A stretch of DNA of 64,000 nucleotides from Octopus sinensis. Taxonomy: Eukaryota. Of the stretch, positions 12,760 to 26,019 are shown piece after piece; within the stretch, counting starts at the first letter, position 1, and each line of letters opens with the position of its first letter. The notes beneath the pieces are model-generated. The model was given only the letters and a program-made list of their open reading frames with translations. It did no database searches and was not told where the DNA came from. The stretch is taken from contig NC_043005.1 of NCBI RefSeq assembly GCF_006345805.1, positions 70,990,001 through 71,054,000 of the forward strand, written 5' to 3'. A program made the position numbers and the translations under genes.

Positions 12760-13610
12760 AGAGAACAAGTGCAAAATTCAATTGCAGGACTAGAAAAAAA
12801 CTTAGAAGCAAGCAAAGTTATGTTACAAATATAGGAAACATGTATGAAGAACTAACAACTTTTTTCTGAATATATCTTTTATTCTTTTTTCTTGGTCCAG
12901 TCATTTTGACTGCAGCCATAGCAAAATATGAACAGGAAACTGATTTCACTGAAGTAACAGGATAAAACAAATAGAATTTTAGAAAGACAAAAGATAAATC
13001 AAATGTATTTCTATAGCAAACTGAAGAAAAAGTGAAGAGAAAACAACTCCATGGCCAATATCTCATATTGCCAACAGAGAGAAGTTAGTCAATGATGGCT
13101 GAAAATCTCTGAACTAAAATTAGAAACAGAAGGTCAGACTTAATCATATAAGTCAATGCCTAGTCACAAACAGCTACAGAGATTAAATGACAGAACTCTA
13201 AATCCAAACTGTAACTGTGAAACCAGTACAATAAGACACTGTTGGCCATATCATCTCTATTCGCCCAGCCTTGCCAAGTCGAAATACATAGACAAACGGA
13301 ATCGAATCAGTATCTTCTGTTGGGCAGCATTCCAACACTTCAGTATAAAATGGATAAGAAATGGTATAAATATGAAGCAAGACAATACATGATAATGACC
13401 TAGCTACAATTATCTTGAACATGCCTGTCCAGAATGACAAGAAGATCAAGACAATCATCATAATATAATAATCAAGGACTGGAAATAAAATATATTTCTC
13501 AATGATGGACAGCATGATCTTCCCTTGACCAATCATTACATGAAAGGAAGTGAAGATACTATCCATTATACTATATGCAAGAATATTGAAATTGAAACTT
13601 TGAAAAATCG
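12760..13610 (+). mobile_element. R4/Dong-like (RLE-type) non-LTR retrotransposon C-terminal relic
   Basis: Decayed LHGQY, KLETEG, TVGHIIS..P.LAKSKYI and the downstream MPVQ.DKKIK...KD.K...FL segment typical of the CCHC-RLE region. Confidence 0.65.
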
Positions 13611-13904
13611 AAAGCTTGACTGCTTCCGTGCCGGTGGCACGTAAAAAGCACCATCCGAATGTGGCTGATGCCAGTGCCGCCTTGACTGCTTCCATGCCGG
13701 TGGCACGTAAAAAGCACCAATCCGATCATGGCCGTTGCCAGCCTTGCCTGGCACATAAAAAGCACCCACTACACTCACGAGTGGTTGGCGTTAGGAAGGG
13801 CATCCAGCTGTAGAAACACTGCCAGATCAGACTGGAGCTGGTACAAACCTTCTGGCTTCCCAGATCCCGGTCGAACCGTCCAACCCATGGAGAACAGATG
13901 TTAA

Positions 13905-13935
<31 letters not shown>
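13610..13935 (+). mobile_element. RTE-tail SINE with ~65-bp internal tandem subrepeats
   Basis: ggcac(g/a)taaaaagcacc occurs three times, followed by gttaggaagggcatccagctgtagaaac and a (GAT)n tail. Confidence 0.8.
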
Positions 13936-13939
<4 letters not shown>

Positions 13940-15319
13940 ACACACAGGATATGAGACGTGAAAGTAAAAACACTACGAGTGAACACTGAAGCACTAAGTA
14001 TGATGTGCAAAATATAAGCAAACCTTATACAAGTCATACCTAGGCTCACAATATTAAACACAGTTTTAAAGTAGCTATACTAGGTACAGCATACATTTTG
14101 ATTAGACATTTTAATTCAGAAGCACAACTCAAGCAGCACACTTTCTGTATACATCACATGTTTTATTTGGCATTTTTCTCCAGTGGTGGTATTAGCCAAT
14201 AATGGTAATCTGAAATTATCTCTTTCTCTTGTAAGGGTTTGGTTTCAACACAGCAAGCTTTTAAAGCACTTGCTTTTAAAGCACTGTGCGATTCTGCAGC
14301 TTGCATCAGGGAACTTCATTCCTCTAATGGACTTATTTACAGTTTTTATAGCTGACTGTGTTTGTTAAAAGAGAAACATTATGGCAAGTGATAGCTTCAA
14401 AACCACTTGACTAGTTCTCTGATATCTTATCGATTCCAACAAATGAAAGTCTCACATATGTGAGATAAAAAAACGAAAATAGTGTTTCTGAAACGTTTTT
14501 TTTTTTTTTTTTTTTTTTTACTTCTGTGGTTTAAATAATTTCTAAAATTGGCACAAAGAGATATATTTTTAAATGTTAGTGGTTTAGTTATTGAATCTTT
14601 ATATATGACTGGTACATATTTTTTACCAGTGTCAAAGAAATAAAAATAGCATAAACATCAAAAGATTTGGAGAAGGAAAACAATTTGGATTTTTCACATT
14701 ACTGTATGGTGATATATTGATTTGTTCTTAACCTTTTATAGGAATGAGTGAGTTAGTTGAACTGATTGCATTATATTCCAGTTATTAATTTTTCTATATT
14801 TTCTATATTTTTATACTGTGGTTAGCTAGGTGACAAAGATAGCATAGTTGGAATTGAACTTGGAATGTAAAGTACTTAAATACATTCTGTATGGAATCTT
14901 GACTGATTAGTTGCTGTTAACATATCTAACGCAAGAAACATCAAATGGTGAGGCAAAAGATTTAGCTTAAAGACTAATGTTATTTGAATCGTATAAAAAT
15001 AATAAAAAAGCTGTTTCAACATCAGGTACATGTTAGAGAGCAACATTCTTTTGACACAAAAGGGAGACAAATCTGAGAATGTTTCAGCTTCATTATGACC
15101 TCTTCAGAAAAGTATACAGTTCATTGTACTTGCAGATGATGTCACAGAGTATTTAAGCTCAGTGCTTTGTTTAGCCAAGTACTTTCTTACTACCATTTCT
15201 GTCATATCACTTCTCTAAAAGAAACCATGTTTTTACACACTAAACTTATCTTGCAGAGGGATATAGCCAGCTGAAGAAGCTAATGGATAACTATAATAGT
15301 GATGTATCTTTAGAATATT

Positions 15320-15630
15320 ATTTTTATGCACCCTTTTCAAGCCTAGCCAGGCTCTTGGGCCCAGTTTCCTGGTTTCTATGGCATATGTGATCCCCCCAGC
15401 TGGACGGGATGCCAGTTACTCAGCTTCAGCATACTCAGAAACAGGAAGAAAGGTGAGAGAAAGTTTGTGTGAAAGAGTACTTCAGGGTTTGCCACCACCC
15501 ACTTCCAGAGCCTCGTGGAGCTTTAGGTGTTTTTGTTCAATAAACACACACAATGCTTGGTCTGGGAATCGAAACCATGATCCTCCAACCACGAGTCCAC
15601 TGCCCTAATCACTGGCCATTGCGCCTCCAT
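15320..15630 (-). mobile_element. tRNA-derived SINE (5485 family)
   Basis: Full reverse-complement match to the 5485-5800 copy. Confidence 0.85.
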
Positions 15631-16009
15631 CCTTAGAATAGGTGAAAAGGAAGTTTTTTTTTAGAAGGATTTGAACTTATAAGATGAAATGAAAGAACTA
15701 AATTCCTTCTAACTTTGGCACAAGGACAATAATTTCGAAGGGAGAGCAAGACAATGACATCGACAGAAGTACATGACTGGTACTTTGTTTCATTGACCCT
15801 GAAAAGCAAAGTCAACCTAGGCAGAATTTGAACTCAGAACATGAAGAGGCAGAAGAAATATCTCCAAGTATTTGTCTGAGAGGCTAACATTCCGCTAGCT
15901 GGCCAGCTGATGAAAGAATCCTATATGTATAGAGTTACTTTAATTGCCTTTTCTTTTCGTGGCTTGAAGATTGGGGCTGTGCCTTTGACCTTTGGAATGC
16001 TAGATATAG

Positions 16010-16305
16010 TGGAGGCACATGGTGTAGTGATTAGGGTAGTGGACTCCCGATCGAGGGATCATGTGTTTGAATCTCAGACCAAGCAATGTGTGTGTTTATG
16101 AGCGAAACACCTAAGCTCCACACGGCTCCGGCAGAAGGTATGGCGAACTTCTACTGACTCTTTTGCTACAAACTTTCTCTCACTCTTTCCTCCTGCATCT
16201 TGCAGCTCACCTGCGATGGACTGGCATCCCGTCCAGGTGGGGAACCTATTCAGCAAGGAAACCGGGAAACCGACCCTTATGAGCCAGGCATGGCTCGAGA
16301 AGGAC
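16010..16305 (+). mobile_element. tRNA-derived SINE (5485-related subfamily)
   Basis: Head gtggaggcacatggtgtagtgattaggg; tail gaaaccgggaaaccgacccttatgagcc. Confidence 0.8.
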
Positions 16306-16611
16306 AAACCAGCAAAAAAAACATGCTAGATATCACTAACGTTCTTACTCGAAATGATGCAAGAAAGGACGAACAAGGTGTAGTAGAGATTGGAGGGTGA
16401 ACACAATATGAATGAAGAGTGGAAGGGAAAAATAAGTGCTCTGGAATTGCTTGATTGGAAGAGCATGTGACTAACTGACTCTGAGGAATAGGAACCACTA
16501 TAAGAAACGGATGAGAGAAAAGGCAGCATGCTTATGAGTTAGATGTCTTAGTGGGTGGGTGAGTGACTTCATTCAAATCAGCCAAGTGATTTCATTATCT
16601 GATTTTCAGAT

Positions 16612-16867
16612 GTGTGTGTGTGTGTGTGTGTGTGAGTGTGTGTGAGTGTGTGTGTGTGTTTGTGTGCACATGTTTTTAAGTGTGTGGGTGTGTGTGATGT
16701 GAGTGTGTGTGTGGTGAGTGAGTGTGTGTGTTTGTGAGTGTGTGTATGTGTGTGTGTGTGTGGTGTGTGTGTGTGAATGAATGTGTGAGTGTGTGTAAGC
16801 ATGTGAGCGTATGTGTATGTGAGTGAGGGAGTGTGCGTATATGTGTGTGTGCGTGTGCGTTTTGTGA

Positions 16868-16901
<34 letters not shown>

Positions 16902-16925
16902 GCACGTGCACATGTGTATGTAAGT
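16612..16925. repeat. (GT)n-rich microsatellite tract
   Basis: Read directly. Confidence 0.95.
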
Positions 16926-17159
16926 ATACAACTCCCATTTCTGATACTGCAGCACTACTTCCGTATTACATTGTGGGCCTCACCTGATCTTTGAAAAAGT
17001 TTAATATTTCTGGTTCTGAAGATGAAGGCCATTTTTGCAATATATTCAGGACAAGTATTTGTCAGGAGAGCATCTCTGAGGTGATGTATTTCAAGCTATC
17101 ATAACGTTTTGGTATATGATCATAAGGGATTTTAATATGGTGTGTGATTATATTTTCTT

Positions 17160-17556
17160 CATAGGCGCAGGAGTGGCTGTGTGGTAGTAGCTTGCTTACC
17201 AGCCACATGGTCCGGGTTCAGTCCCACTGCGTGGCATCTTGGGCAAGTGTCTTCTGCTATAGCCCCGGGCCGACCAATGCCTTGTGTAGTGGATTTGGTA
17301 GACGGAAACTGAAAGAAGAAGCCTCGTATATATATATATATGTATATAAGTGTGTGCTTGTGTGTCTGTGTTTGTCCCCCTAGCATTGCTTGACAACCGA
17401 TGCTGGTATTGTTACGTCCCCGTCACTTAGCGGCTCGGCAAAAAAGAGACCAATAGAATAAGTACTGGGTCTTAAGAATAAGTCCCAGGGTCGATTGCTC
17501 GACTAAAAGGCAGTGCTCCAGCATGGCCACAGTCAAATGACTGAAACAAGTAAAGA
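17160..17556 (+). mobile_element. Bipartite CORE-like tRNA SINE
   Basis: Full-length match to the 8894 copy. Confidence 0.88.
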
Positions 17557-18896
17557 GAAAAAGAAAAGAGATACAAATTACAATTTTTTTCTTTGCTGCT
17601 GAAGGAGACAAATTGGTTCTGACTTCATTCAAGAATATTTCCAAGAGTTCTTTTATTGTCATAAAGTTCACATAATGTTTAGGTTGTATGTGGATGAAGC
17701 TTGTGTGTGGAAGGCCAGAGAGGAATGTTAAGTGCTATCATCTTAGCAAGAGTTGATTTTAAAATGACAACAAGGAGGTCTTTGATATATAAATAGAAAA
17801 GTATATTGAATAAAACTGAACCTTGTGACTTGCTGGAGTTTACAAAATGAATCATACAAAGTTCCATCAGTGAAGGAATACTATAGTACACACTGAAAGA
17901 ACTAAATCACTCATGTAAACAGAGATGGATTGAGTCCATATTTGGGTAGTTTTGACAAGAAGTTTGCATGCCACACATGGCTGAAAGCTTCCCTGACTTC
18001 AATGGCAACAAAGTTGCTTTCACCAGATTTCTAATGAGTGAAGCCCCACTAGGGAATGACACAAAAATATGGATCCCCAGTGGACTTGGCTCTAAAAAAA
18101 ACCCATTCTACTGAACATCAAGGAAGTAGAAAGATTGAAGATGATAGAGAAAGCTATTAATGACTGCTCTCCCACTTTTGAGGTATTAGGTAAAATAGGG
18201 CTGTAGTAACATGCTTCCAAATTCATAGTAACATGCTTCCAAATATTGTAATACATACTTGCAGAAAGTGAGAGACAAATTCAAGAGTTTAGTAAAGATT
18301 AGAGCTAGATCTGGAGTGCGTTGCATAAGGATAAGAGAGGAGACATCGACAGGATCAGTCATTTAGTTGCCATAAAGTAACTGGAAATACACACTTTGTA
18401 TATATATGTTCGTTGCTAAACCTCGCTAAGATAAATATTTCAATTACCTGAAGATTGACTGTAACCATAACTCGAATTATTAAGAATTGTACAGCCATGA
18501 AACGATCGCAGTGTTTTACTCTTTATCTTTTATTAAACTTTTAATACTTTTGATATATATTTAAAATAATATAATTAATAATTTTATGTATTGGCTTATG
18601 TTTTTCATTGTTTGATTTGCCTAATAGTGGTTTTATCTCTAATTTAATATAATGTATATATATATATAAATTAGAAAAATTAAATTATATCATTGATAAA
18701 TGACAACAATTGATAAAAGGTGTTTTTTTTTCTAATTTATATATATATATATATATTTATATTTTGTGAAATTTGATTTAGTATTTCTAAATTGAATTTT
18801 TCCCTGTAAGTTTGGAATAATATTCCCTCATATTATTATTATTATTTTATATATATATATATATTGGAAGGTTTGGAGATGATGTACAGGTATTTT

Positions 18897-19171
18897 ATAT
18901 TAGAAGAATTGAGGTACTCAGAAATTCGGATTGTTTTATATTTACAGATATTTATTTGTATATTACATGTTTTTATACATCATATAACTTAGATCATGTA
19001 TTAGCACTTTCTCCCATTCTAGTGGAGTTTTCAAATCAACCCCACCAGAATGGGAGAAAGCGCTAATACATGATCTAAGTTATATGATGTATAAAAAACA
19101 TGTAATATACAAATAAATATCTGTAAATATAAAACCATCCGAATTTCTGAATACCACATTTCTTCTAATAT
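18897..19171. repeat. Long near-perfect palindrome (~135-bp arms)
   Basis: Left arm atattagaagaatt...ctcccattctagtgg is the reverse complement of right arm ccaccagaatgggag...ttcttctaatat, with about 10 differences. Confidence 0.9.
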
Positions 19172-19193
19172 ATATACACAAGCAAGTGCTGAA

Positions 19194-19375
19194 AAAATTC
19201 CTGGCTTTAAGGGTTTTGTGAAAGACCTCATTAGAGTTCTTTTACAGGACTTAGAAAAACTGAAGCATCACTGCAACGATGTGCGTGAATCTGAGAGGGG
19301 AATATGTTGAATAAAATCATAATTAATTGATTCTCCTGTATTTTCTTTTACCCAAAGCCAGGAAATTTTCATCAA
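19194..19375. mobile_element. Short mariner-derived MITE
   Basis: Inverted termini gctgaaaaaattcctggcttt / aaagccaggaaattttcatc, resembling the mariner TIR at 3454. Confidence 0.55.
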
Positions 19376-19499
19376 ATAGGGTTGATATTGGCCTTATAGA
19401 TAGGTATTGCTAGAAGAATGAAAACAATGAGTTTTTAGTTGCTTCAAATCAACATATTTTTAATTAGATCATTAATAATACAATCCCAGTTGACAATGA

Positions 19500-21000
19500 C
19501 ATAAAACTGATGTCTGAATTAAGGATTCTGCTTGTGCTTGTTTCAGAATCTTTTACTAGGCTTTCAGCAAACATTTCTCATCAAATATTTCTTTTGCATT
19601 CTCTTCCTTTCTTGTCGTTTAATTTCAGTTTGCAGACAGGTGACAACATCTTTTGATTTGGTCAGCAAAGGATAAAATTGATGTCATAGTTTTCTGCAAA
19701 TTTCCAGTTAGTATTTCATTAGTGTCCACACCAATATCTACATCAGCATCTCTTGGTTGTGACATCATGTCACAGATATTAATAGGAGAAAGAATGTTGA
19801 ACCATATGGACAACATCAGTTTGTATCTAATAGGGAACACGTGTTTTAATAGTTTCGGTGACTCCACTTCTGGTCCTTTTTATCAGATAAATTTCAAGCA
19901 TATTCTGCTGGGATAGTTCAATTATCTGATATTTGATATGTTGGGAAATCATTAATATCCTATATGTATCAGAACAATTTGCCATTTTGGAAGCTAAGCA
20001 AAGATATTAATACTCTCAACAGTTCTGAAAAAGTAGCTGCTTCAATGTAGTATTTTGCTGAATCTGTGCCACACAAATTTTCTTGCCATTCCTATGGCAA
20101 AATAATACCAAGATGACAATCACAAGGTAAAAATCCCATGTAATTCCCTCTACCTCGTTGCCACATTGTTGCCATTGTTATTGGTTTCTGCCATCTTCTC
20201 TGGGAATGTTTGATGGACATATTCTCTGAAAGACATTTTTATTCAATGATTCCTTCATAAGGTTTGCAATGTCAGAACCTGCTTTCTCAAAAACAGTCTT
20301 CAAAAGATAAAAAAAATCTCCTTGAATCTTAAACTCACAAGCTTTCCTTTGAAGGTAATATAAGATAAATATTGTCTATTCGACACGTGCAGAGTAGGGT
20401 GTTGCCTAAGCTATTATTCAAAAGTATTCTGCCTTTGATCTTCTAGAGAGTATGTGTATCAAAAGAAGACAAGAGCAAAGAGAAATACATTCAGATGACA
20501 AATAATGTATTTGCAACCTTTCTCCTTTTTCCTGGCTTTCTTCGACCTTCCTGACATAGGTTTCATGTATGAGATCACAATATGATAAAGTTCAACCAGC
20601 CTAAGGAAGTTACTATTCTGAACATCAGTAATCAGGTGAGAGATACTACGAGTGTTAACCCTGTTCTGCCCCAAATAATATAATGTCAATTGGTGTAAAA
20701 TATTAGTCCAGTTTGCTTCCTCGACTAAAATTTATTTATACAGAATCTATTTCATGCAAATGAATGAATTTTGTTCAAGCTCTCACCATGATGCATTATT
20801 CAATTTAAGCTGGTTACTATTTTCATGCTCAAGCAATTCTATCACATAATTTACTCCATATTTCTTTTGTAGACTATCCATTTTCACTTATCAATGCATA
20901 TGTATTAAGTCTACCTTTTCCAAAGAATCAATATGGTAAACAAAATATGGCTTGTTTCTTGATACTTTACACTACTAAATCACTTACAGAATTTCACTGT
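19500..21000 (-). mobile_element. Highly decayed hAT (ZMYM1-like/Charlie) transposase relic
   Basis: Minus-strand remnants resembling Q..DNG.N, F.PC..H.L.L and IL..IN.C...Q..D.D motifs; no intact frame. Confidence 0.45.
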
Positions 21001-22134
21001 TGAGTTTTCTGTATTTAAGGATACGATCTGACAAATATTGAAGCTAACAGTGAAATTTAATTTGAAGGAACCGTACATGGAAGAAGTAGAAGTGTTAACA
21101 AAAGAGATAGAGCGCAGCACAGGCCCAAATGAAGCAACTCCAGTGGCCTGGTCTGGAGACAAGAGAGGAGATCAGAAGATGGGAATGTGCTGAGAAGTAG
21201 ACATACTCAAAGAGAAGAAAAGAAATCAACCAATTTTGCATCATCTCTTTTCTCAGTGTTGTGTTCAAAGAGTCTCTCCAAATTCTTGCTGAATAAGGAT
21301 CATGTCAAAATGTCAGTCCAGAAGGGAAGTATACCAGGAGTCCTTGAACACACAGGTATGGAGACCTAACTCATCAGGGATGCAAAAAATGAGAATAAAC
21401 TTGACTGTACAATCACTGGATGTGATCAATCCTCAGCTAAATCTCACACAGTCACTCCTGTGCCTATTAATAATTGTTTATAATTTTCACCTTAAAAGGT
21501 ATTTTAATATGCTGGCCACTGATTTTTTTATCCCTATATAAGAAGTATATATAAATAAATAAATATGAATATATAATATATATATATATATATAATATAT
21601 ATATCACAATCTACTTTCTATTTTCCATCTGCATAGCAGAAGGCACTTGCTCAAGGTACCGTGCAGTGGGAGTGAACCAGGAACCATGTAGTTTGGAAAC
21701 GAACTTCATACCACACAGCCACACTAGCACCTAGCACAAAAATAAATATATGAAAGAAACAAAAAGACATGTCTCTAACTTTCAATCAAATATTACTTGA
21801 CAAATGTTCCATGTGTTTGCTAACTGTTTTGTGTGCCTTTCTAAGTTTTGAGCAGACACAGAGACTATGTCATTCATCCTAACCTTTTGACTCTGCTGAA
21901 TATCTAGGACATGTGAGAAGTGGTGGGTGAGGTGGCTGTATGGTCCCAGGGGTTGGTATTCACACTGAAACAGTGTGAAACAATGTGCTTCGCTCAAAGA
22001 GCACCTAGTCCATCAAAGAATTGGACTAGTGACCTTACAAGCATTAGAGCAGAACCTTAAGTACTAGGTCATGTGTTTTCTTAAGAAGAAAAAAATAGTA
22101 TAAAATAGCAATAAATATAATAACAAAATTTAAT

Positions 22135-22447
22135 GATGATGATGATGATGATGATGGTGATGCTGATACTGACAATGATGATGATGATGATGATAATTAT
22201 GGTGGTGGTGGTGATGATGACAGCGATGATGGTGATGGTAATGGTGATGATGAAGAACTACAACGATAATGATGACGATGGTGGTGGTAGTGGTGATGTG
22301 CTGATGATAATGATGATGATGATGAGGATGATAGTGATGATGGGTGATGCGAACAGTGGTGGTTACAGTGATGGTGATGACGATGACTACAACGATGGTG
22401 ACGATGACGACGATGACGATGATGATAATGATGTTGATGATAATCAC
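22135..22447. repeat. GAT/GGT trinucleotide low-complexity tract
   Basis: Read directly. Confidence 0.95.
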
Positions 22448-22469
22448 TAAAAAAGGGTTTGCCAGTCAG

Positions 22470-22952
22470 TTTCTTATTTCTTACTGCCCACAAGGGGCTA
22501 CACACAGAGGGGACAAACACGGACAGACAAATGGATTAAGTCGATTATATCGACTCCAGTGCATCACTGGTACTTATTTAATCAACCCCGAAATGATGAA
22601 AGGCAAAGTCAACCTCGGCGGAATTTGAACTTAGAATGGAGCGACAGACAAAATACCACTAAGCATTTCACCCGACGTACTAACGTTTCTGCCACCTCGC
22701 CACCCAAGCAGGAATTCTTATTTCTTTATTGCCCACAAGGGGCTAAACATAGAGGGGACAAACAAGGACAGACAAAGGGATTAAGTTGATTACATCGACC
22801 CCAGTGCATAACTGGTACTTAATTTATCGACCCCGAAAAGATGAACGACAAAGTCGACCTCGGCGGAATTTGAACTCAGAACGTAGTGGCAGACGAAATA
22901 CCGCTAAGCATTTCGCCCGGCATGCTAACGTTTTTGCCAGCTCGCCGCCTTA
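22470..22952 (-). mobile_element. Two tandem tRNA-derived SINEs (Meta-domain-like core) with an L1/Tx1-type 3' tail
   Basis: Head aaggcggcgagctggcaaaaacgttagc, core ttcatc.tttcggggt.gataaa.taagtaccag, tail tgtcccctctatgtttagccccttgtgggcaataaagaaata. The Meta assignment is from memory. Confidence 0.8.
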
Positions 22953-24404
22953 GCAGAAATTCTGTAAAGCAAGAACACTAACGCTACATTCCCACCTCTT
23001 CCCTTTATGCTTAATGATATCTCATTGATTAGAAACAGAGTCTAGCAAGAAGAACAAATATTCAGTATTTGATTGGCCTCATATTTCATCTATGTGCCAA
23101 ATAATAAATATTTTAAGAGTTCCCTGATGGGTATTTCTTCTTTTTTTCTCCAATTTTTTTTCTTGTATTTGTTTTGTATTATTTGTTTTATGGAAACATG
23201 AAAAGAAAAGATAAATATTTATTTCTTGATTGCATACACTAGTGTAATTACTTAACTATTAATGATCAGGTATTCATTAATGACTGATCGACCCTATGGA
23301 ATATAGGGTCCAATTAGAGCTTGTGACATCATGTTAAATAACTCTCACCCGGAATTAAAGCTGGGTACCAAACAAGCTGACAAGGAAGCCTGTATCTGGT
23401 TGTGCCATCTGTTAGACATGGTAGCCAAATCTCAAACCAGTAAGGGAGTCAGAGCCTCAGCATGGTTACTTGACTTGCAAGTCACAATAGCCATATCTTC
23501 CAAGAATCATGGAATAACAATCTATTATCTTTAAAAATAGAGAAAGCCACTATCACCATCATCATTACCACCAACAACACCACCATCAACATCTTTAATG
23601 TCCATTTTCCATGCTAGCGAGATGGAGAATTGCACACCATCATCACCACCACCATCACCACCATCACCACCATCATCACCTTTTAATGTTCATTTTCCAT
23701 GCTGGCGAGCTGGAGATTTGCACCAGGTTCCAACTGCTGGATGCCCTTTCTAATGCCAATCACTTTATTGTGTGTGCTGGTCATGGTTGGAACATGTTTG
23801 ACCTAGGTCTGTTTTATCAGAAGTGACCTGGGGTTACACAGCAGCAGTGCTTGAATGACAATTTCTGGGAAGTTATAAAAAAATTAATATTATTTGTATT
23901 ATTAAGGCACAGCAGTGGCTGCATGGTAAGTAGCTCACTTCCCAACCACACGGTCCCTCTAGGTGGTTTGCTTGACTTACAAGAAATAACAGTCAAATTT
24001 TCTCTCAAGTCACGTTTTACCATTTTAAAAGAAACATGGAATGAAATGTAGTTTAATGTATTATCTTACTTCTCTTCCTATTTCTGACTATTATTGTCAT
24101 AATCATCATCACCACCACCACCACCACCACCACCATCATCATCACCATCGCCATCGTCATCATCATCAACATTTTACATTGTTGTTTCCATGCTGGCATG
24201 GGTTGAAGCAGTATTTTATAATCTTTTATTACCCTACTCATTTCGGTCATGTGGCTACGGTCATGCTGGAGCACCACCATGTAGGTTGGGTACCCTTTCT
24301 ATCAATAATCTGTTTAGTGACCACTTGTAACATGCAGGGACACAGTGACTCTTTTCTAAAACAATGACACATACAGTGAATTTGAGACACAATAGACATA
24401 GGCA

Positions 24405-25135
24405 TGGCAGTGTGGTAAGACGATTGCTTCCCATCCACATAGTTCTGGGTTCAGTCCCACTGCATGACACCTTGGGCATGTATCTTCTGCTATAGCCTCA
24501 GGCCAACCAAAGCCTTGTGATTGAATTTAGCAGACAGAAATTGCCCATCACGCACCTGAATGTACGCATGTGCATGTGTTTGTGTGTGTGTCTATGTGTT
24601 TGTCTTACACCATTGCTTGATAACCCGTGTTGGTGTGTTTACATCTCTGCAACTTAGCAAAACAGAAGAGACCAGGCTCAACACAAATACAAAAACAAAC
24701 AAAAAACGAATATTGGCATAGGAGTGGCTGTGTGGTAAGTAGCTTGCTTACGAACCATATGGTCCCGGGTTCTTTCCCACTGCGTGGCACCTTGGGCAAG
24801 TGTCTTCTACTATAGCCTTGGGCTGACCAAAGCCTTGTGAGTGGATTTGGTAGATGGAAACTGAAAGAAGCCCGTCGTATATATGTATATATATATATAT
24901 GCGTGTGTGTGTGTCTATGTTTGTGTGTTTGTGTTTCTTCCCCCAACATCGCTTGACAACTGATGATGGTGTGTTTATGTTCCCGTAACTTAGCAGTTCG
25001 GCAAAAGAGACAGATAGAAATAAGTGCTAAGCTTACAAAGCATAAGTCCTGGAGTCGATATTCTCAACTAAAAGGCGGTGCTTCAGCATGGCCACAGTCA
25101 AATGACTGAAACAAGTAAAAGAGTTAAAGAGTAAA
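24405..25135 (+). mobile_element. Two bipartite CORE-like SINE copies (first truncated)
   Basis: Match to the 8894 and 17160 copies. Confidence 0.85.
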
Positions 25136-26019
25136 AGTGTATTGGGGTCGATTCATTTGACTATAATTCTTGAAGGTGGTGCTGCCACGTGGCCACAGTT
25201 TAACGACGCCCTGTAACAAATAAAAGGTAAAAGATATGTTCGACGGCAAAAGGAAGAACTAAACAGCTTTCAATCATAACTTTACTCGACTAAGGAGTTG
25301 ACCCGTGGTTAAACAACAACAAGTGAGTGAGTGAACTGCGACAATGTTGAATGATGTGTCCTACTCTGCACCATCACAAAGCATCTGTGATAGATTGCAA
25401 ATCGCTGACTTCATTAAGAGATAGTCTCCTTGTGACCAAAATTCTTTGTTTTTACTTGCGACATCACATTTTATTTCAACAGTTTTGCAAGCCTTGAGGT
25501 TTCACAAATATTTGATAATCCACCTTTTTGTACTTTTTCATTGAAACTGATTTCATCTGATTGATTCATTGATTCATTGATTCGCTGATTTGGTCATTGA
25601 TTCATTGATCAAAGCTCTTGATCTCTGTTTAGTTCTTTGTTCTCTTCTTATTGATATTTTCGCCTCCCTTCTTTGCCTTTATCCTTTACGCCATCTCTCC
25701 CACCAATTGCATTACTACCACCATCACCACCACCGCCATCATTAACACCACCACCACCATTAACACCACTATCACTAACACTACAATTGTCAATAACTAT
25801 AATGACCAGCTAATGAAGCCGTCTTTATGTGGTAGATCAACCAGCTAGAAATAGCAGCCAAACCTGTTTTGCTTAACAATTTAGCGATTAAACCAGTCAT
25901 ATCTGGCCTAAATGTTCTACTTGTTTTATATTCGAACCAACCAGATCTGGCCTCTCATACTTATCCAACAATATTGTTCTAAAAATATACCAATATATTT
26001 TTCCATTCCCATTTCCCAT

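Noticed and set aside
13615-13770. Spaced direct repeats resembling a CRISPR array
   Set aside because: Internal subrepeats of a eukaryotic SINE; spacers are related to each other and there are no cas genes.
21270-21400. Possible R2-superfamily RT scrap (SVQKGSIPGVLEHTG)
   Set aside because: Too short and decayed to call.
22130-22520. Poly-His/Met/Asp ORFs (also 30176-31137 and 33809-34738)
   Set aside because: Trinucleotide repeats are stop-free in several frames; no splice or composition support.
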